A stretch of 64,000 bases of DNA from the NCBI GenBank assembly GCA_025061115.1, contig JANZKC010000001.1, positions 32,001-96,000 on the forward strand, written 5' to 3'. This stretch comes from Candidatus Culexmicrobium cathedralense (GTDB taxonomy: Archaea > Thermoproteota > Methanomethylicia > Culexarchaeales > Culexmicrobiaceae). Both the position numbers and the translations under genes were made by a program. Below the pieces are notes generated by a model. That model was not told the origin of the DNA. It saw nothing but the letters and a program-made list of their open reading frames with translations, and did not search any database. This document shows positions 19,112-29,381 of this stretch, piece after piece; position 1 is the stretch's first letter, and every line of letters starts with the position of its first letter.

Positions 19112-19576
19112 CTAGTCTAATACATCTGGCCACTCACAGTATCCCATGTAACTTACTTCGGGGGGTTCTGTACCTTTAGGAGGATTAAATTCATCGCCAA
19201 AATAACTATAGTACACTATTGTAATATGGGTTGCAGGATATTGATAGTATCTGAAGGGGACATAACCGCCATTCTCCCCAGCAGCCCAATGCTCATTATC
19301 CTTAAGCACGTCACCACACCAAATTTGTATTTCAAGCTCAGTGTATGCTCCTTCCCAATAGAAATCTTGGATATAAAATGAAGTTACTGGATTGGGAAAT
19401 TCATGTGTTTCGTATGAATCTTCGTAAGGTAAATAACCAGCAAGCCACATATAGTTATTTCCTATTGATTGAGTTTCATCGGATTTTGTAATCGCCCTGT
19501 AGTTGGTTGAAATTATTATTGATGATGATATGCAGCATGCAATTAATAATATTAAATTTATTTTTTCATTTTTCAC
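19112..19576 (-). CDS. Hypothetical secreted protein
   Basis: Signal-like N-terminus; acidic, Tyr/Trp-rich domain. Confidence 0.65.
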   Translation of the reverse strand: MKNEKINLILLIACCISSSIIISTNYRAITKSDETQSIGNNYMWLAGYLPYEDSYETHEFPNPVTSFYIQDFYWEGAYTELEIQIWCGDVLKDNEHWAAGENGGYVPFRYYQYPATHITIVYYSYFGDEFNPPKGTEPPEVSYMGYCEWPDVLD

Positions 19577-19644
19577 GAAATATCACAAAAAATTTATAAT
19601 AATACACAATATTTAAATTTTTCTATGAAGATAATATGTAACTG

Positions 19645-20730
19645 ATGGTAAGGCATTTCAGTTCATCGGATTTGAAGGTGCATGTAATAGCATATTTAAT
19701 ACTCATTAGCATGCTCGTTCAATATGGTTTGGTATTTGATCCATCTTTACAGTTTTTGCGTATTGCTCATGCTCAACGTGAATTTGACTACTTTTATATT
19801 TTTGTTAAAGCTGATGGCACTGTAGTTGCTGGAATAAAGTGTAATTATATTGAGCTGCCTTTCTACATTCCCTATATTCCCTCTTCAGAGTATGCTGATC
19901 ATTACCTTGAAGTTATGTATGTTGTGGATGATGGTTTAAGTTGTGAACTTATGTTAAATCTAAATGTTATGAGTGAGAGTGAAGCTGATGTTCATGCTGC
20001 AAATATCAAGAAGGCTCTTGAAGATTGGCTTGGAATTCAATTTGAATTGAAATCCAGACGTAGACAATCCGTCTTTGCAGCACCTCTTGGAATCACAATT
20101 AAAAATATATTTTATAATTTTACTTCCGAAAATTTCAATCAAGATGTAATTATTGATAAGTTTCTAAGCTTAAAACCAGATCAAGGATGGATGATATTAA
20201 TAAATAGGAAAAATTTGTCTAAGGGCGATCGCTTTTTACTACAGATTTATCCCGGCTCACGTTTCGGTAGACTTCTAATACTCAAATACTTTTATAATTA
20301 CTTTAATTTTAAAGTTGGAAACACTTATACACTAGATGTATTTAAACTATTCAACTTCACTGGTCCACTAAAGATCCATCCTATGGCAGAGCATAATAGT
20401 AGAGTAGAGATATGGCTTTTAAGTTACGGCGCACCCTCCAATATTCAAGCTCAAATAATTAATATAGAAATCCCATTTGATTATAGAGTTCTTAAGCGTA
20501 CCTGTGCAAATAGACAATGTTTCACAATAGAAAATTTCGATGGCCGTCAATATACTCTTACTGGCGGTGATGTAGTCGAATATTTGCGTGTAACCTTTAA
20601 AATTGTTGAGTATGGATATAAAATGCCGGATATTGGTGTGCAGAATGTTATTGGCATAATACTTGCCTGTATGGCTGTACTCTTATCAGTGGCGTTAGTG
20701 TATAGAATTCGTTCGAGGAGGCATGGCTGA
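19645..20730 (+). CDS. Hypothetical cell-surface protein
   Basis: N-terminal signal/TM; C-terminal TM with basic tail RIRSRRHG. Confidence 0.7.
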   Translation: MVRHFSSSDLKVHVIAYLILISMLVQYGLVFDPSLQFLRIAHAQREFDYFYIFVKADGTVVAGIKCNYIELPFYIPYIPSSEYADHYLEVMYVVDDGLSCELMLNLNVMSESEADVHAANIKKALEDWLGIQFELKSRRRQSVFAAPLGITIKNIFYNFTSENFNQDVIIDKFLSLKPDQGWMILINRKNLSKGDRFLLQIYPGSRFGRLLILKYFYNYFNFKVGNTYTLDVFKLFNFTGPLKIHPMAEHNSRVEIWLLSYGAPSNIQAQIINIEIPFDYRVLKRTCANRQCFTIENFDGRQYTLTGGDVVEYLRVTFKIVEYGYKMPDIGVQNVIGIILACMAVLLSVALVYRIRSRRHG

Positions 20731-20731
20731 T

Positions 20732-20872
20732 TTATCTAACTTCCTCTCTAAGGAATTTTATGTGCGAGGCTGCTATTAATGCTATTAGTATTGATGTTAT
20801 TATTGCCATATTTGGCCATAAGAGTGCTGGACTCCCTATTACTGTTAGTGGTCTGCCTAGGGAGCCTATTAG
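20732..20872 (-). pseudogene. 3' remnant of an ABC-2-type permease-like gene
   Basis: LIGSLGRPLTVIGSPALLWPNMAIITSILIALIAASHIKFLREEVR* with no evident intact 5' part. Confidence 0.45.
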
Positions 20873-21065
20873 GAATCGAATTTTGCATTTAAAAGGTTCA
20901 TGCTGAATAGTGCTGTTTTATTCGTGAACTATGTAAAATTTAGTAATTCTACCCTGTGTTTAGTAATTGTAGTAATATGTGTGGATAAAAATGCACATCT
21001 ATTTCATGAAAGTCAGTTGTTGATCATTAATTCATGCTAATAGATGTTAAAATAATTTTAATTTA

Positions 21066-21464
21066 TTATTTTATTAATTTATCGATTATTTCTTTGATCT
21101 TTTTGAGGTTTTCTATCGCCCATTCTAGGTAGTCAAGTCCTTCTTCGGTTATTAGGTATATTCTTTTTGCTGGGCCTCCTTCCTCTATATCCCATTTTGA
21201 TGTTAAGAATCCTAGCTTTTCCATTCTCCTTAGCACTCCGTAGATTATTGGTTTTGGCGCGTCTACATCATATTTATCTTTTAGTTGGCGATAGATTTCT
21301 CCGCCGTGTATTTGGCTTTTCTTTAAAATTTTTAGTATCAGTATGTGTAGCAATCCCCTTATTGGTGTTTTTGTGAAGAATATGTGTTCACGTTTTTTAT
21401 GATGCCTTATCTTATGATGGTGATGTTCATATCCTCCATATATGTTTTCGAGCAAAAATGTCAC
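21066..21464 (-). CDS. PadR-family transcription regulator with His-rich N-terminus
   Basis: ILILKIL...HGGEI...IYGVLRRMEKLG...GPAKRIYLITEEG; true start may be TTG 21455. Confidence 0.92.
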   Translation of the reverse strand: MTFLLENIYGGYEHHHHKIRHHKKREHIFFTKTPIRGLLHILILKILKKSQIHGGEIYRQLKDKYDVDAPKPIIYGVLRRMEKLGFLTSKWDIEEGGPAKRIYLITEEGLDYLEWAIENLKKIKEIIDKLIK

Positions 21465-21465
21465 C

Positions 21466-21492
21466 TATCTATGAATATAATATTCTTAGATA
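21466..21492. promoter_or_regulatory. Palindromic operator in the padR promoter
   Basis: TATCTA-T-GAATAT-A-ATATTC-T-TAGATA between the TATA box and the RBS. Confidence 0.6.
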
Positions 21493-21612
21493 TAAAATTT
21501 ATCCTAGTATAATGGCTTCCATTTACATTTTTGGAATTTGGTTGGCGAAACAATTTAGGTGTATTGGGTATGATTCAAGAATTTTGGTTAAGAGTGAAAT
21601 TGCATTATTATT

Positions 21613-23301
21613 TTAGAGTTTTACTAGGACTTCTGAAGCTGCTTTTACTTGGGTTTTCACATCTACTATGGCTGTGCATTCATTTTCAGTTGCTGCTTTG
21701 ATTGCTTCTTTAATTGTTTCTTTGAGTTCGCTTGGCTTTTCAACTCTATAGCCTTTGCATTTGAATGCTTCGGCTATTTCAGCGTAGTTTAGCTCTGTGA
21801 AGTCTGTTGAAATTGTTTTCCCAAAGTAGTTTAGTTGGGCCATTTTTATCCATCCAAAGGAGCCGTTGTTTAGTACTATGTAGATTGTTGGGATTTTCAG
21901 TCTGCGGGAGGTTTCTAGTTCGTGGATTGAGTATGCGAATCCTCCATCTCCTCCCATTCCTACTACTAATTTGTTTGGTGAGGCTATTTTTGCTCCTAAT
22001 GTTAGTGGGAATCCGACGCCTATTCCGGCCATTCCTCTTGGCGCTATGAAGTATCTACCCTTTGATTGGATGGTGTAGTATATTGCTCCGTAGAATGAGG
22101 CCATGCTGCCATCACATATGAATACTGCATTTCTTGGCAGGATGCTTCTTAGCTCTTTAATTATTCTTGGTACGCTTATTGGAGTCTCATCTGAGCTCAT
22201 TATCTTCTCCGCTTCTTTCCTCCATTTCTCCACTACCTTTTTAATTTCAGCTCTTCTTTGAGATACAGTGAGTAGGTGATCTTTATTGGCGATGTTCTTA
22301 ATGGTTTTAATTAATTGTTGGAGCGTTGCTTTTGCATCTCCTATTAATGGGACTTCGGTGGGAAAGTTTCTTCCAATTTCATTTGGATCGATGTCTATGT
22401 GAATTATCTTGGCTGTTTTTGATGGTAGTGTCCAGTTTAACGTAGCGTATTGTCCTGTTTTGCATCCTACAATTATTGCCAGATCGGCTTCTTCTAGGAA
22501 TTTGTTTGCGCACTCCTTTAGGGTGGCTCCTCCCACGCCTACACTTAATGGATGGTCTTCGGGGATGGATCCTTTGCCAGTTATTGTTGTTACTACTGGA
22601 ATTGTTAGCAGTTCTGATAGCTGGATGACTTCGTCCCAGGCTTGGGAAATTATTACTCCTCCGCCAGCAAGTATAACTGGCTTCTTTGACTTCAAAATTA
22701 GCTTTGCTGCCTTCAAGATATGGTCATGGCTTGGAGTTGGTCGAGCTGATGGATATGTGGAGTATTTTGGATTAACTGAGATTTCCTCCTCTTTGATGCC
22801 TGTTTCTCCCATTAGGATGTCCATTGGAATGTTTAGGTGGACTGGGCCTGGCCTACCGCTTGTGGCGATTTTGAATGCTTCATTTACATGTGGCATTATT
22901 TTTGATGGTTCGGTTATGTTGAAGCTTGCCTTGACGAATGGCTTTAGCATTGAGATTTGATCGCAGCTTTGGGATGCCCACTTATTTGCCGTCCAGGTTG
23001 GATTGTCGGATGTTATTGCTATTAGTGGAATTGAAGCTCCCCAAGCCTCTGCGACACTTGGTACTAGGTGGGTTGCACCTGGACCTACAGTTGCATCACA
23101 TACTCCTGGCTTGTATTTGATCATTGAATACGCCATGGCCGCGTAGCCGGCGCAGCGCTCACATCTAAACATGAGATGATCTATTTTAGGCGACTCCAAT
23201 ATTCCCCAGTACAATGCCAGCGTTTGTCCTCCGGGAACTCCAAATACATGTTCAACTTCATATTTCTCCAGCATTTTTGCGAGTAGGAAGCCTCCAATCA
23301 T
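21613..23301 (-). CDS. Thiamine pyrophosphate-binding enzyme (acetolactate synthase large subunit-like)
   Basis: FGVPGG, R.E..A, GPGATH, GRPGPV, GDGG...NN TPP motif. Confidence 0.92.
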   Translation of the reverse strand: MIGGFLLAKMLEKYEVEHVFGVPGGQTLALYWGILESPKIDHLMFRCERCAGYAAMAYSMIKYKPGVCDATVGPGATHLVPSVAEAWGASIPLIAITSDNPTWTANKWASQSCDQISMLKPFVKASFNITEPSKIMPHVNEAFKIATSGRPGPVHLNIPMDILMGETGIKEEEISVNPKYSTYPSARPTPSHDHILKAAKLILKSKKPVILAGGGVIISQAWDEVIQLSELLTIPVVTTITGKGSIPEDHPLSVGVGGATLKECANKFLEEADLAIIVGCKTGQYATLNWTLPSKTAKIIHIDIDPNEIGRNFPTEVPLIGDAKATLQQLIKTIKNIANKDHLLTVSQRRAEIKKVVEKWRKEAEKIMSSDETPISVPRIIKELRSILPRNAVFICDGSMASFYGAIYYTIQSKGRYFIAPRGMAGIGVGFPLTLGAKIASPNKLVVGMGGDGGFAYSIHELETSRRLKIPTIYIVLNNGSFGWIKMAQLNYFGKTISTDFTELNYAEIAEAFKCKGYRVEKPSELKETIKEAIKAATENECTAIVDVKTQVKAASEVLVKL

Positions 23302-23425
23302 GATGTGAACCCAAATAGTATTGTTGGTATTGGAGATTTAAAATGTTCAGTATAGGCTAAATTCATTATCAATATGATTGATTATCTGTTAAAACTTAAA
23401 TTTGTAGAGCTGAAATAATTTTGCT

Positions 23426-24313
23426 ATGAAAGTTACTGTTTTAGGCTCGGCTCAGGACGGCGGCTTTCCAGAGTGGGATTGCAATTGCTTAAACTGCCGC
23501 CTATCTAGGCAGAATGCCTTGAAGTTTAGGTTTAGATCTTCATTAGCAGTTGAAAGCGAAAATGGCTGCATTGTAGTTTTAGATGCATCTCCAGATCTTA
23601 AAAGCCAGATTAGCATGCTTAGGCCTTATAGCAGGAGAATTAGTGAAGCCTATGCAGGTAGAGTTGCGCCCATCGATGCCATCCTAATTACTCATGCACA
23701 TTGGGGACACATCATGGGTCTTTTGGAGCTTTCAGCTGGATATCCATTCAAGATTCCAGTTTACTGCTCACATTACGTAGCTTCAATCATTCGCAGTTCA
23801 CGAATTTTCAAATCGCTTGTTGATGGCAATTTCATTGATATTATCGAGTTTGGTGATGGCGATGTTCTTGATGTTGTTGATTGGAGAGGTAGGAGAACTG
23901 GTTTGAAGTTTGAGGCATTCAAAGTTCCCCATAGAGAAGACTTTACCGACACTTATGGATTCAAAGTATTTGACAAAAAAGCGTCTATTGTGTACATTCC
24001 CGACATTAAAACGTTGAGTAACAATATTTTAAGTAGAATTGAAGGTTCTAATGCACTATTTTTTGAAGGAACATTCTATTGGGAAGATGAATTGTGGAGA
24101 ATTAGCGGCATAAGGAGGACGTCGACTGAGCTTGGCCACATTCCAATGGTTGAAAGCTTATCGATTTTAAAGGAATTACAGGTCAATTTAAAGTACTATA
24201 TTCACTTAAATCACACCAACCCCACTCTTAGAAGCAACAGTGATGAAAGAAGAACAATTGAAAAAGCTGGATTAAGAATTGCATTCGATGGCTTAGCCAT
24301 CGAATTTAGATGA
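23426..24313 (+). CDS. PqqB/PhnP-like metallo-beta-lactamase fold protein
   Basis: LGSAQDGGFPEWDCNCLNC, DASPD, THAHWGH, GH, HLNHTNP. Confidence 0.88.
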   Translation: MKVTVLGSAQDGGFPEWDCNCLNCRLSRQNALKFRFRSSLAVESENGCIVVLDASPDLKSQISMLRPYSRRISEAYAGRVAPIDAILITHAHWGHIMGLLELSAGYPFKIPVYCSHYVASIIRSSRIFKSLVDGNFIDIIEFGDGDVLDVVDWRGRRTGLKFEAFKVPHREDFTDTYGFKVFDKKASIVYIPDIKTLSNNILSRIEGSNALFFEGTFYWEDELWRISGIRRTSTELGHIPMVESLSILKELQVNLKYYIHLNHTNPTLRSNSDERRTIEKAGLRIAFDGLAIEFR

Positions 24314-24416
24314 GCACATTGATGTAATATTTTGAGTTATGTTAAATTAAATTTTTCATAATGTTTTGAATGTAATTTTACATCAAAAATATTAACATCA
24401 AATTTCCTATTATGCG

Positions 24417-25193
24417 TTGAGAGTGATGGGTTTGGTGGATTTAAATGTTGAATTGGCTGGATTGCCAAAAACTGGTAAGCTTTACCTTGAAGATTCTTAC
24501 TTGAAATGCTGTGAAAGTAGGGTTTTGAAGGTTATTCGTGATAGGGGTTCGAGGGCATATGTAGTTCTTGATAGAAGCGTTTTTCATCCTAGGGGCGGTG
24601 GGCAGCCTAGTGATGTTGGAGTGATTAGGTGTGGCAGCTTGGTTTTCATGGTTAGAAAGGTTTTGAATGTTAATGGAGTTTTGGCTCACTATGGAAAATT
24701 TGTTGATGGTCAATTTGCTGAAAATTGTTTGGTTCAATGTGAGGTTGATTGGGGTTTTAGATTTAAGGTAATGAAGCTGCATACTACAGGCCATATTTTG
24801 GATTATGCTTTGCGGGTTGTTTATGGTGAGGTTGTTGACACACTTGCAGCATTTCATGGGCCGCCGAAAGCATATACCATTTACGCTGCAAGAGTTCCAT
24901 CAAATAATGAAGTCAAATTAATTGAGAAAATAGCTAATGAGATTGTAAGTGAAAATAGGCCCGTCAAGATTATATTCGTTAATAGGGATGAATTGCTTAG
25001 AATTACATTTAATGCTCCAAATTTAGGAAGATTGCCTAAAAGCGATCTTTATAGGGTTGTTGTCATTGAGGGAGTTAATGGCATTCCATGCACTGGAACT
25101 CACATTAGAATGACCGGTGAGATCGAGAGAATTAAAATTGTTGATGTAGAAGAAGTTGAAGGTGGATTTAAACTATATTATGATGTTAGTTAG
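24417..25193 (+). CDS. alaX: Alanyl-tRNA editing protein AlaX-M
   Basis: LYLEDSY, FHPRGGGQPSDVG, HTTGH, CTGTH. Confidence 0.9.
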   Translation: MRVMGLVDLNVELAGLPKTGKLYLEDSYLKCCESRVLKVIRDRGSRAYVVLDRSVFHPRGGGQPSDVGVIRCGSLVFMVRKVLNVNGVLAHYGKFVDGQFAENCLVQCEVDWGFRFKVMKLHTTGHILDYALRVVYGEVVDTLAAFHGPPKAYTIYAARVPSNNEVKLIEKIANEIVSENRPVKIIFVNRDELLRITFNAPNLGRLPKSDLYRVVVIEGVNGIPCTGTHIRMTGEIERIKIVDVEEVEGGFKLYYDVS

Positions 25194-25218
25194 GATTGAA
25201 AGAAGAGTTATTTAACTT

Positions 25219-27006
25219 CTATTCGAAGTCCATTGCATTGTATATTTCTTCGGGCAGTCCTGGACAATTTTTGTTTAAGTAGTATTTGCTTTCTTCTATT
25301 TGCGCTTTAAGTAGTGCCTTGAATTCCTCCATTGATAAGTATGTTGTTGGCATTAATTCTTTAAGTCTCTCACTACTTATTCCTGGAACTTCCACTGGGA
25401 TTAACACTTTTTCTCCCCATACTGGGTGCGGCTTATATTTTACTGCTCCACGCACTGCTTGCAGGAGAAACAGTTCTGTTTCTTCTATTGAGGGCCTAGT
25501 TCCACCAGTTGCTTTAGGTATGCCGTCAACTTCAACTAAAACTGGTTCTGGAGCCATGATTGTTTTATTGCCAATCTTCTTTTCAACCCACTTGTATTTT
25601 GCAATTATTCTTCCAGTAGTATTAAATTGATATACTTCTATTGGATCTCCCTTTTCTTTGCGCTTCTTTAGGTATTGATAAAATCTTACTACGTGTGCAG
25701 TGTTTGTCACTCCCATCGTAAATGGATGCGCATATCTAGCAACATACCTAACTTTACCTACAACTTCCTTTGCTTGCGCGGGATGTCCAATTGTTCTTCC
25801 ATCTGCAAGTACCTTTGCAGCTAATGCTTCATCTACAATTTTAATCCAAGCGTAATCTGTGAAGTATCCTGGAGTTAGGAATACTGCTGTGGTTAATGGT
25901 CCACTTGACGCTACATCACCATCAAAGTATCCGGTGTCCTCTAGGTAAATTACGCTTCTTGAATTCTTGTTTGGAGCGCCGAAATATTGGAATAATTTTC
26001 CTTCGAAGCATGGAAGCCCTTTTTCATTAAACTCGGTGTTTTCATGTAGTGCTCTTGGACTCATGGCTGCATTCCACATTGCCTCTTGCTGTGGAGTAAG
26101 GTCTTCAGTTTTTGTCCAGCATCCCCGTTCGGAGCCTATTACTTTATCTTCAAATATTGCTACTATATCATCATTTTTTATAGCTTGATCTTTAACGTAT
26201 TCGAGTGGATTTACACCGAAGTTTTCGATGTATAGTTTGGAATTTCTTTCTGTCCATACATATAATCCATGAGTTGATTTTCCAGTTCCAGTTAATCCCC
26301 ATACGCATAGTACTATTCTCTTCCATGTTCCATCTACCCGTTTAACCGTAAATTCTCTTAATGATGCATGTTCACCTGTTCCTCCACGCTGATAGACGTG
26401 GTATATCCAGTGGGTTAGAACTGCTTTCTTGACTTCTCCTTGATATGATGATGCAGTTATAATGGTGAAATTGTGATGGGGGAACCTCATTACCATTAGC
26501 ATTCTATTTGTGCCTGGAATATTGGGATTTTTGAGGTAGTGTGGGATTACGAATACTTCTACATCAGGTTTTTCATTTGGTGGAGCTTGAAATACTAGTT
26601 GCTTCCACCTATAAGCGATGTCCGGAAATTGCGGATCAACATAAACTGTAGCATGCATTTGGGCTTTCGTTCCAGGCTTACCAACATATCCATCAACTTT
26701 AATTAGTGGTCCTTGGGCTAAAATGTGCTCTAAAACTCTAACTAAGAGCAATTTATGTTCATATTGAAGCTGATCATCATCTTCAATAACGACCGTATTT
26801 GCAGCTGATCTGCTCCAAATATTTGAAGCCCAATTCCAAGATCCATTCTTATACTGATTGCCATAAAGCTTAGCTCTATCAAGAAGATCTGGAGGATTAT
26901 CAAGTATAGCTTTCAATCCAACTTTCTCTTTTACTTCAATTATTTTTCTAAATGCTTCCTTAAATTTAACTGGAGTCATATCCTCAATTTTGGGAATAAT
27001 CGCCAC
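25219..27006 (-). CDS. pckA: Phosphoenolpyruvate carboxykinase (archaeal ATP-type)
   Basis: SSYQGEVKK, H, GLTGTGKST P-loop, NDD, ENT, N.R, NTTGR. Confidence 0.85.
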   Translation of the reverse strand: MAIIPKIEDMTPVKFKEAFRKIIEVKEKVGLKAILDNPPDLLDRAKLYGNQYKNGSWNWASNIWSRSAANTVVIEDDDQLQYEHKLLLVRVLEHILAQGPLIKVDGYVGKPGTKAQMHATVYVDPQFPDIAYRWKQLVFQAPPNEKPDVEVFVIPHYLKNPNIPGTNRMLMVMRFPHHNFTIITASSYQGEVKKAVLTHWIYHVYQRGGTGEHASLREFTVKRVDGTWKRIVLCVWGLTGTGKSTHGLYVWTERNSKLYIENFGVNPLEYVKDQAIKNDDIVAIFEDKVIGSERGCWTKTEDLTPQQEAMWNAAMSPRALHENTEFNEKGLPCFEGKLFQYFGAPNKNSRSVIYLEDTGYFDGDVASSGPLTTAVFLTPGYFTDYAWIKIVDEALAAKVLADGRTIGHPAQAKEVVGKVRYVARYAHPFTMGVTNTAHVVRFYQYLKKRKEKGDPIEVYQFNTTGRIIAKYKWVEKKIGNKTIMAPEPVLVEVDGIPKATGGTRPSIEETELFLLQAVRGAVKYKPHPVWGEKVLIPVEVPGISSERLKELMPTTYLSMEEFKALLKAQIEESKYYLNKNCPGLPEEIYNAMDFE

Positions 27007-27083
27007 GGCCTACACCTCCACCGCATCTAGTAACTTTAAAACAAAGCAGGGGTATAAATTATTTTAGATGCTTGGTGAATTAA

Positions 27084-27872
27084 ATGATGAGTCTTGAAGA
27101 TTTGTTGCTGAATCTTTCTGGAGGAAATCCACTTTTATTGGGTCTTCTTGGAGGACTTGTAACTGCTTTACTTAATGCTTTGGGTGCTACTCCAGTCTTA
27201 TTCATTAAGAAGCTTCCTGAAAGATTAAGCGATTTAGGAATGGGGTTTGCAGCTGGAGTTATGCTTGCAGCCAGCTTTACTAGCTTAATTGTTCCTGGAA
27301 TTGAGATTGGAGGCATAATTCCAGTTATTATTGGCATCGCGTTGGGAGCAGCCATGGTGAATTTTGCGGATATGATTGTTCCGCACATGCATGTAATTAT
27401 TGGGAGGGAAGGAATTGCTACTGATAGGTTGAGGGGTATATGGCTCTTCGTGTTGGCTATGACTCTACATAACATGCCTGAAGGACTTGCCGTTGGAGTT
27501 GACTTTGGCTCTGGAAACATCAAAGAAGCCATAGTACTTATGCTTGCAATTGGATTGCAAAATATTCCCGAAGGCCTTTCAGTTGGCTTTTCAATACTTG
27601 CTGAGGGAAGTAAAAGCCGACTTTACGCTTATTTAGCTGCAGTCATCTCTGGACTCGTGGAGCCGCCCTTAAGCCTAGTAGGTGCAAGCACAGTAGTTTT
27701 AGCGAAAAGCATTTTGCCTTACGCCATGGGATTTGCAGCTGGAGCAATGATATTCGTTATAAGTGATGAAATAATTCCGGAGAGCAACAGAATTGGCCAT
27801 GAAAAAATCTCAACATATGGCTTGATTGTAGGATTCATATTAATGCTTTACTTGGATGTAGCTTTAAGCTAG
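27084..27872 (+). CDS. ZIP family metal transporter (GufA-like)
   Basis: FAAGVML, HNMPEG, QNIPEG, FAAGAM...EIIPE. Confidence 0.93.
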   Translation: MMSLEDLLLNLSGGNPLLLGLLGGLVTALLNALGATPVLFIKKLPERLSDLGMGFAAGVMLAASFTSLIVPGIEIGGIIPVIIGIALGAAMVNFADMIVPHMHVIIGREGIATDRLRGIWLFVLAMTLHNMPEGLAVGVDFGSGNIKEAIVLMLAIGLQNIPEGLSVGFSILAEGSKSRLYAYLAAVISGLVEPPLSLVGASTVVLAKSILPYAMGFAAGAMIFVISDEIIPESNRIGHEKISTYGLIVGFILMLYLDVALS

Positions 27873-27918
27873 CGAATTGCATTCAAATGCAAGTTCATTT
27901 TGAAACTGTATTGTTAAA

Positions 27919-28140
27919 TCATAAAAATGCAATGTACGTTATTAGAATGCCCAATAGGACGAAAAATGTTAGAACTGCCATGTCAACCGGCCTCAAAAAT
28001 GAGGTTATCAGCACTATAAAGCTAGCGATCGTGAGAAATGGAGGTTCCCTAAAGAATGACTCTGGAGCTACATAAAAAATAATTCCGATCCAAATTATAG
28101 TAAATAATATTGAAGGAATTAGCCTATTTCTAATCGACAT
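27919..28140 (-). CDS. Small membrane protein
   Basis: Three hydrophobic segments, 73 aa. Confidence 0.6.
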   Translation of the reverse strand: MSIRNRLIPSILFTIIWIGIIFYVAPESFFREPPFLTIASFIVLITSFLRPVDMAVLTFFVLLGILITYIAFL

Positions 28141-28295
28141 CGATAATAACTTCCATTAATACGAGGGTGGATGAACTATTTATAGATGTTGTACCAAATG
28201 GTCTGATCATAAATTAATTATTAATTAAAATAAAAATAAATAATTTTGACCATCTCATGTTAGCCTTTAAATTCAACTTTAAAATTAATATAGGC

Positions 28296-29258
28296 ATGGT
28301 GAGTGAATTGAAGCTGATCGATGTCTTAAAGGCAACAAAAAGGTTGAAGCAAGTTGCCTTTAGGACTCCGTTGATTCGCTCAAAAATACTAAGCGACATT
28401 GCAGGATGCGATGTTTACTTAAAGTTGGAGAATCTGCAATTCACCAATTCCTTCAAGTTTAGAGCTGCCTACAACCTGATCAGCTTACTATCCGCTGAAG
28501 AGCGGAGAAGAGGGATCATTACCGCTTCTTCAGGTAATTTTGGAATTGCGGTTGCATGTGCTTCTAAAATGTTGGGCTTGAAGTCCACCATAATCATGCC
28601 AAAGAATACTCCTAAGTGGAAGGTTGAGCGCTGCAAAAATTTTGGAGGTAAAGTTGTTCTTGCCGGTGATAATTATGATGATGCTGAGGAGCACTGCTTA
28701 AGAATAGCTGATGAGAAGGATCTTACTTTCATTTCTGGTTATTATGATTTTAGAGTTATTGCTGGCAATGCAACTATCGCTTATGAAATTCTTGAAGATA
28801 ACCCCAATATTAACGTAATTTTAGTACCTATCGGTGGTGGAGGATTAATTTCTGGCGTTGCTTATTGGGCAAAATCTTTGAATCCAAACATGAGAATTAT
28901 TGGCGTGCAGACTACTAAGGCGAAAACAATGTATGAAAGTTTTAAGGCAGGTAGGGTTGTTGAAGTTCCTTGTGAACCTTGCTTAGCAGAGGCCTTGGCT
29001 GGCAAGATATCAGAGGTAACGTTGAATTTTGTTTTAAAGTATGTTGACGACATTGTTTTGGTTGATGATGATAAGTTGATGGATGCAGTTATTTGGACAT
29101 TAAAGTATGAGCATCAAGTTGTCGAGCCGTCTGGAGTTGTGGGAATTGCAGCAATTATTCAAAACAAATTGGAATTTAATAGCGAAGATAAAGTTGCTAT
29201 TGTTGTTTCTGGCGGCAACATTGATATTACAAATATTTTCTCAAAAGGGGTAAAGTGA
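28296..29258 (+). CDS. ilvA: Threonine/serine dehydratase (PLP, no regulatory domain)
   Basis: LKLENLQFTNSFKFR, ASSGNFG, PIGGGGL, SGGN; probable start 28296 (track start 28257). Confidence 0.88.
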   Translation: MVSELKLIDVLKATKRLKQVAFRTPLIRSKILSDIAGCDVYLKLENLQFTNSFKFRAAYNLISLLSAEERRRGIITASSGNFGIAVACASKMLGLKSTIIMPKNTPKWKVERCKNFGGKVVLAGDNYDDAEEHCLRIADEKDLTFISGYYDFRVIAGNATIAYEILEDNPNINVILVPIGGGGLISGVAYWAKSLNPNMRIIGVQTTKAKTMYESFKAGRVVEVPCEPCLAEALAGKISEVTLNFVLKYVDDIVLVDDDKLMDAVIWTLKYEHQVVEPSGVVGIAAIIQNKLEFNSEDKVAIVVSGGNIDITNIFSKGVK

Positions 29259-29381
29259 TGAAAAACCTAATTACATAATATCTTTAGTTTCAACTCATAA
29301 TAGGGCTTAAAGACGTGTGCTGATAAACATTAACGTTAAAATCTATTATTATAATAAAATAAATAATATTAAAAATGGAGA

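Noticed and set aside
23426-24313. PQQ biosynthesis cluster
   Set aside because: Only a pqqB-like gene; no precursor peptide, pqqC, pqqD or radical SAM pqqE nearby
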